From an uncultured bacterium (GTDB lineage Bacteria > Abyssobacteria > SURF-5), in NCBI GenBank assembly GCA_964607485.1, contig CAZSKP010000029.1, forward strand, positions 1-60,673: a stretch of DNA of 60,673 nucleotides. The letters are read 5' to 3'. The position numbers were made by a program, and so were the translations under genes. A model generated the notes under the pieces. That model searched no databases and was not told the origin of the DNA. It saw only the letters and a list, made by a program, of their open reading frames with translations. This document shows positions 57,086-60,673 of this stretch, piece after piece. Each line of letters starts with the position of its first letter. Within the stretch, counting starts at the first letter, position 1.

Positions 57086-58243
57086 TTGGCTGCCAAGGCG
57101 GTACTCACGGGAACTCACTTCATGAACGGCGACTACGCCTGCTGCGAGGGGGCTCTGGCCGCAGGCTGCCTCTTCTTCGCGGGCTACCCGATTACGCCGG
57201 CCACCGAGGTCGCCGAGCGCATGTCCGCCCGATTGCCCGACATTGGGGGAGTCTATATTCAGATGGAGGACGAACTGGGCTCCATCGCCGCCGTGCTGGG
57301 AGCCAGTTGGGGAGGCGTGAAGGCGATGACGAGCACCTCCGGCCCGGGTTTTTCGCTGATGATGGAGAACATCGGGCTGGGCATCTGCACCGAAACCCCC
57401 TGCGTTGTGTGCAACGTCCAGCGGGCCGGGCCGAGCACGGGGCTGCCCACCCTTGTGGGCCAGGGCGACATGATGCAGGCCCGCTGGGGCTCGCACGGGC
57501 CGTACGAGATTATTGCCGTCGCACCCTCGAGCCCCCAGGAGATGTTCGACTTCACCGTCTGGGCCTTCAACCTGAGCGAACAGTACAGGGTTCCGGTCAT
57601 GATAATGGCCGACGAGGTGGTGGGCCACATGACGGAGCGCGTGGTGATTCCTCCCGAGAGTGAAATCCAGATCACACCTCGCCGCAAGCCGAAAGTGTCT
57701 CCGGAGCGCTATCTTCCCTATCAAACAGACTCCGATGGGATTGCTCCCATGGCCAGTTTCGGCGACGGATATCGCGTTCATATCACCGGGCTGACACACG
57801 ACGAGCGCGGCTACCCGGTCATGGACGCCGTCGCCCAGGAGCAGATGACGAATCGGCTGGTCCATAAGATCCGTGGTAACGTTGACAAGATCATAAGGTA
57901 CGAGACAGTCGCCATGGACGACGCCGACGTGGTGGTGGTGGCCTACGGCATCAGCGTTCGGTCGGCCAAGCGCGCTGTCCGAGAGGCGCGCGACCGAGGG
58001 CTCCGCGCGGGCCTTATCAAGCTGGACACGGTGTGGCCGTTCCCCGAAGAGCTTATCCGAGACCTGGCGGGCAACGTAAAGGCCATGGTCATGCCCGAAA
58101 TAAACATGGGCCAGATGGTGCTCGAGCTTGAGCGTTGCGCCCAGGGCCGCTGTCCGGTCCGACTGGTCCCCCATGCCGGCGGCTCCGTCATCAGCCCCCG
58201 GACAATTCTCAGCGCCATCGAGGCGGGACTGAAGGAGACGTGA
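57086..58243 (+). CDS. korA: 2-oxoacid:ferredoxin oxidoreductase alpha subunit (2-oxoglutarate type)
   Basis: AGYPITPATE, QMEDE, TSGPGFSLM, QRAGPSTGLPT, EINMGQ. Confidence 0.92.
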   Translation: MAAKAVLTGTHFMNGDYACCEGALAAGCLFFAGYPITPATEVAERMSARLPDIGGVYIQMEDELGSIAAVLGASWGGVKAMTSTSGPGFSLMMENIGLGICTETPCVVCNVQRAGPSTGLPTLVGQGDMMQARWGSHGPYEIIAVAPSSPQEMFDFTVWAFNLSEQYRVPVMIMADEVVGHMTERVVIPPESEIQITPRRKPKVSPERYLPYQTDSDGIAPMASFGDGYRVHITGLTHDERGYPVMDAVAQEQMTNRLVHKIRGNVDKIIRYETVAMDDADVVVVAYGISVRSAKRAVREARDRGLRAGLIKLDTVWPFPEELIRDLAGNVKAMVMPEINMGQMVLELERCAQGRCPVRLVPHAGGSVISPRTILSAIEAGLKET

Positions 58244-59142
58244 TGAGCGCCAAGAAGAGCAAGAAATTCGAGCCGCATCCGCAGGACGAACTGCTGAGAA
58301 CCGACCGCATTCCGCACATCTGGTGCTCGGGGTGCGGCATCGGAACGGTGTTCGGCTGTGTCATGTCGGCCATCAAAAAGTCGGGCCACCCGCTCGACGA
58401 CGTGGCCGTCGTCTCCGGCATCGGCTGCACGGGACGGATGCCCGGCTACATCAAGCTGGACTCGTTCCACACCACCCACGGACGAGCCATCCCCTTCGCC
58501 ACCGGGCTGAAGCTGGCGCGGCCTCAGGAAAACGTCCTGGTCTGCTCCGGCGACGGCGACCTCCTGGCCATCGGCGGAAACCACTTCATCCACGCGGCTC
58601 GACGCAATATCGATATGACCGTGATATGCGTGAATAACTTCAACTACGGCATGACCGGTGGCCAACTCGCCCCGAGCACGCCGTTCGGCGCTAAGACGAC
58701 CACCAGCCCCATCGGCTGTCCGGAGGAACCCTTCAACTTCTGCCACATGGCCGCAGCGTCGGGGGCCGTGTACGTGGCGCGTTGGACCGCCCTGCACATC
58801 CGCCGACTGACCGACTCGATAAGCGAGGCAATGGAAAAACGCGGCTTCAGCTTTGTCGAGGTCCTGTCCCCATGTCCGACCTCCTTCGGGCGGCGCAACA
58901 GGATGGGCAAGGGGCTCGACATAGTGAAGTACTACCACGAGAAGTCGGTCATCCGAAACGGCATCGACCCTAAGGATGCAACGCTGGACTTCAACAAGAA
59001 CCTGGTGATGGGAAAATTCGTCGATATCGAGAGGCCGACCTTCATGGACAACTATCAGTTAGTCAAGAGGGGCGAGCTGGCCGCCTGGCCGGCCAAGGAA
59101 GAAAAGACACCCGCTCCTGTTCCCGAAAAGGCCGCAAGGTGA
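58243..59142 (+). CDS. korB: 2-oxoacid:ferredoxin oxidoreductase beta subunit
   Basis: WCSGCG, SGIGC, HTTHGRA, GDGD...NN TPP motif, YGMTGGQ, SPCPT. Confidence 0.92.
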   Translation: MSAKKSKKFEPHPQDELLRTDRIPHIWCSGCGIGTVFGCVMSAIKKSGHPLDDVAVVSGIGCTGRMPGYIKLDSFHTTHGRAIPFATGLKLARPQENVLVCSGDGDLLAIGGNHFIHAARRNIDMTVICVNNFNYGMTGGQLAPSTPFGAKTTTSPIGCPEEPFNFCHMAAASGAVYVARWTALHIRRLTDSISEAMEKRGFSFVEVLSPCPTSFGRRNRMGKGLDIVKYYHEKSVIRNGIDPKDATLDFNKNLVMGKFVDIERPTFMDNYQLVKRGELAAWPAKEEKTPAPVPEKAAR

Positions 59143-59144
59143 GA

Positions 59145-59732
59145 ATGATGGCAGAGGGCACCGAAAAAGAGATACTCATCAGCGGTTTCGGGGGTCAGGG
59201 CATCGTCCTCGCGGGCAACATCCTCGGCAAGGCCGCGGCCCTTCATGACAGTAAACACGCCACCCTGACTCAGTCCTACGGGCCTGAGGCCCGGGGCGGC
59301 TCTTGCTCGGCCCAGGTTATGATAAGCGACGAGGAGATACTCTTCCCTTACGTAGAACGGCCTCAGGTGATGGTCTGCATGAGTCAGGAGGCTTATTCAA
59401 AGAATGTGGGCTCGCTTGTTCCCGGAGGGCTATTGATTTGGGACACCGATTTGGTTCAAACGAAAGAGCCCGACCCGAGCTGGACAACTTACAACATCCC
59501 GGCCACCCGGTTCGCCGAGGAGCTGGGTAATGCCATGATGGCCAACATCGTCATGCTCGGCTTCCTGTCGGCGGTGAGCGACCTGGTCACCGTCGAATCC
59601 CTCCGCAAAGCGGTGCTCAGCTCGGTGCCGCCCCGCACCAAGGACAAGAACGCCAAGGCCTTTGAACGAGGCCGCGAGTATGGCGAGGCCATACTCAAGA
59701 GTCTGGCCAAACAGGACGAAACCCGGAAGTAA
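59145..59732 (+). CDS. korC: 2-oxoacid:ferredoxin oxidoreductase gamma subunit
   Basis: SGFGGQG, QSYGPEARGG, ANIVMLG. Confidence 0.92.
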   Translation: MMAEGTEKEILISGFGGQGIVLAGNILGKAAALHDSKHATLTQSYGPEARGGSCSAQVMISDEEILFPYVERPQVMVCMSQEAYSKNVGSLVPGGLLIWDTDLVQTKEPDPSWTTYNIPATRFAEELGNAMMANIVMLGFLSAVSDLVTVESLRKAVLSSVPPRTKDKNAKAFERGREYGEAILKSLAKQDETRK

Positions 59733-59734
59733 GA

Positions 59735-60673
59735 ATGACCGGAAATAGTAAATCAACCATCCCAAAAAAGGCAGTCTTGCTCGCAGGGTCGGGCTACGGA
59801 GCGCTCAAGGTAGCGGAAGACCTTGCCCAGTCGGGTATACCCGTGGTCTGGGTGACTAAGGCCAATCATTTCCTCAAGCTGCCCGGCGGTATCGAAAGCT
59901 TCCATGAATGGCCCGAGGACATCAACTTCCAGTTCCGGCCCCTGTACCTGCGGGTGACACGCCATCCTCTGGTCACCCCTCTGACACGCTCGCGGATCGA
60001 GCGCCTTGACCGGAGGAAAGACGGCTTCCGGGCCGTGGTGGTTCGGGACCCCCAATACATCGATTACGACCTCTGCACGGGGTGCGGACGATGCATGGAG
60101 GTGTGCCCGCTTCACCACACGGCGCACCCGCCACTCACACGCAGCCCCGCGTATTGCCCTTCGCGGGCGCTCGAGCTGGACAAACGCAAGCTCGGCGCCT
60201 GCCGGATAAGCTGTCCCTTGGGCATTAATATACAGGCCTACATGGCGCTGGCCGCCGAGTCGCGTTTTGACGAGGCGCTCCGCGTTATCAAGGAGGACAA
60301 CCCCCTGCCGGGCATCTGCGGCAGAGTCTGCCATCACCCATGCGAGGAGTCGTGTCGCCGCAGCGAGCTCGACCAGGCCGTGGCCATCCGGGACATCAAA
60401 CGTTTCCTTGCCGACCACGAGGCCCAGCAGGGGCCGGTGAAGCTCGATATGCCCGAAAGGCCAGCCAGAGCGGAGCGAGTGGCGGTGATAGGCTCGGGAC
60501 CGGCCGGCTTGACGGCGGCCCATTTCCTCAACCGCGCGGGCTTTGGGGTCACAGTATTCGAGGCGTTGCCCGAGGCAGGGGGTATGCTGCGGGCCGGAAT
60601 CAATGCGTTCCGCCTGCCGCGACCGGTGCTGGACGCGGAGCTGAAAGCCATAGCGGATGCCGGTGTCGAAATT
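59735..60673 (+). CDS. HdrA-like/GltD-like fusion flavoprotein (HdrL-type), N-terminal part, truncated by the window end
   Basis: Not in ORF track. Manual translation: AVLLAGSGYGALKVAEDLAQSG, PQYIDYDLCTGCGRCMEVCP, ACRISCPLGINIQAY, NPLPGICGRVCHHPCEESCRR, VAVIGSGPAGL, GGMLRAGINAFRLP. Confidence 0.85.
   Translation, partial: MTGNSKSTIPKKAVLLAGSGYGALKVAEDLAQSGIPVVWVTKANHFLKLPGGIESFHEWPEDINFQFRPLYLRVTRHPLVTPLTRSRIERLDRRKDGFRAVVVRDPQYIDYDLCTGCGRCMEVCPLHHTAHPPLTRSPAYCPSRALELDKRKLGACRISCPLGINIQAYMALAAESRFDEALRVIKEDNPLPGICGRVCHHPCEESCRRSELDQAVAIRDIKRFLADHEAQQGPVKLDMPERPARAERVAVIGSGPAGLTAAHFLNRAGFGVTVFEALPEAGGMLRAGINAFRLPRPVLDAELKAIADAGVEI

Noticed and set aside
1-60673. CRISPR arrays, tRNA/rRNA/tmRNA, IS elements, prophage, inteins, defence systems
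   Set aside because: None seen by manual reading; short or divergent elements could be missed without tools.

Overview
A 60.7-kb window of GC-rich bacterial chromosome. Gene content (gmhA, multiheme cytochrome, four-subunit 2-oxoacid:ferredoxin oxidoreductase, HdrA-like protein) suggests an anaerobic diderm; I cannot assign a lineage. Most of it is core genome: fabD(partial)-rpmF-yceD, a K+-dependent membrane pyrophosphatase, rpsF-ssb-rpsR-rplI-dnaB-dapAB, surE, mutL-miaA, rlmN, rpsB-tsf-pyrH-frr, gmhA and korDABC. I saw no rRNA, tRNA, CRISPR array, transposase or integrase. The main accessory block is a flagellar filament and modification island at about 10.4-25.2 kb. It holds fliC-flaG-fliD-fliS under a consensus sigma28 promoter with a long leader rich in CsrA-type sites, a TPST-like sulfotransferase, and a divergent, probably sigma28-driven operon (MerR HTH, TPR protein, a 1525-aa protein with four GT2 domains alternating with TPRs, a fifth GT2-TPR, a GNAT). 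Several signals are missing from the ORF track: a consensus sigma54 promoter pointing at a structured non-coding RNA with anti-SD seeds (about 25.37-25.5 kb), and a 41-aa, 63% lysine histone-H1-like gene (34.2-34.47 kb) with a consensus sigma70 promoter, tandem NrdR-like boxes and a perfect 15-bp 5'/3' inverted repeat. Also present are a TsrM-like cobalamin methyltransferase, an octaheme HAO-family cytochrome and a possible ceramide-synthase/IPC-synthase-like pair. All family calls are from motif reading and recall; no searches were run.
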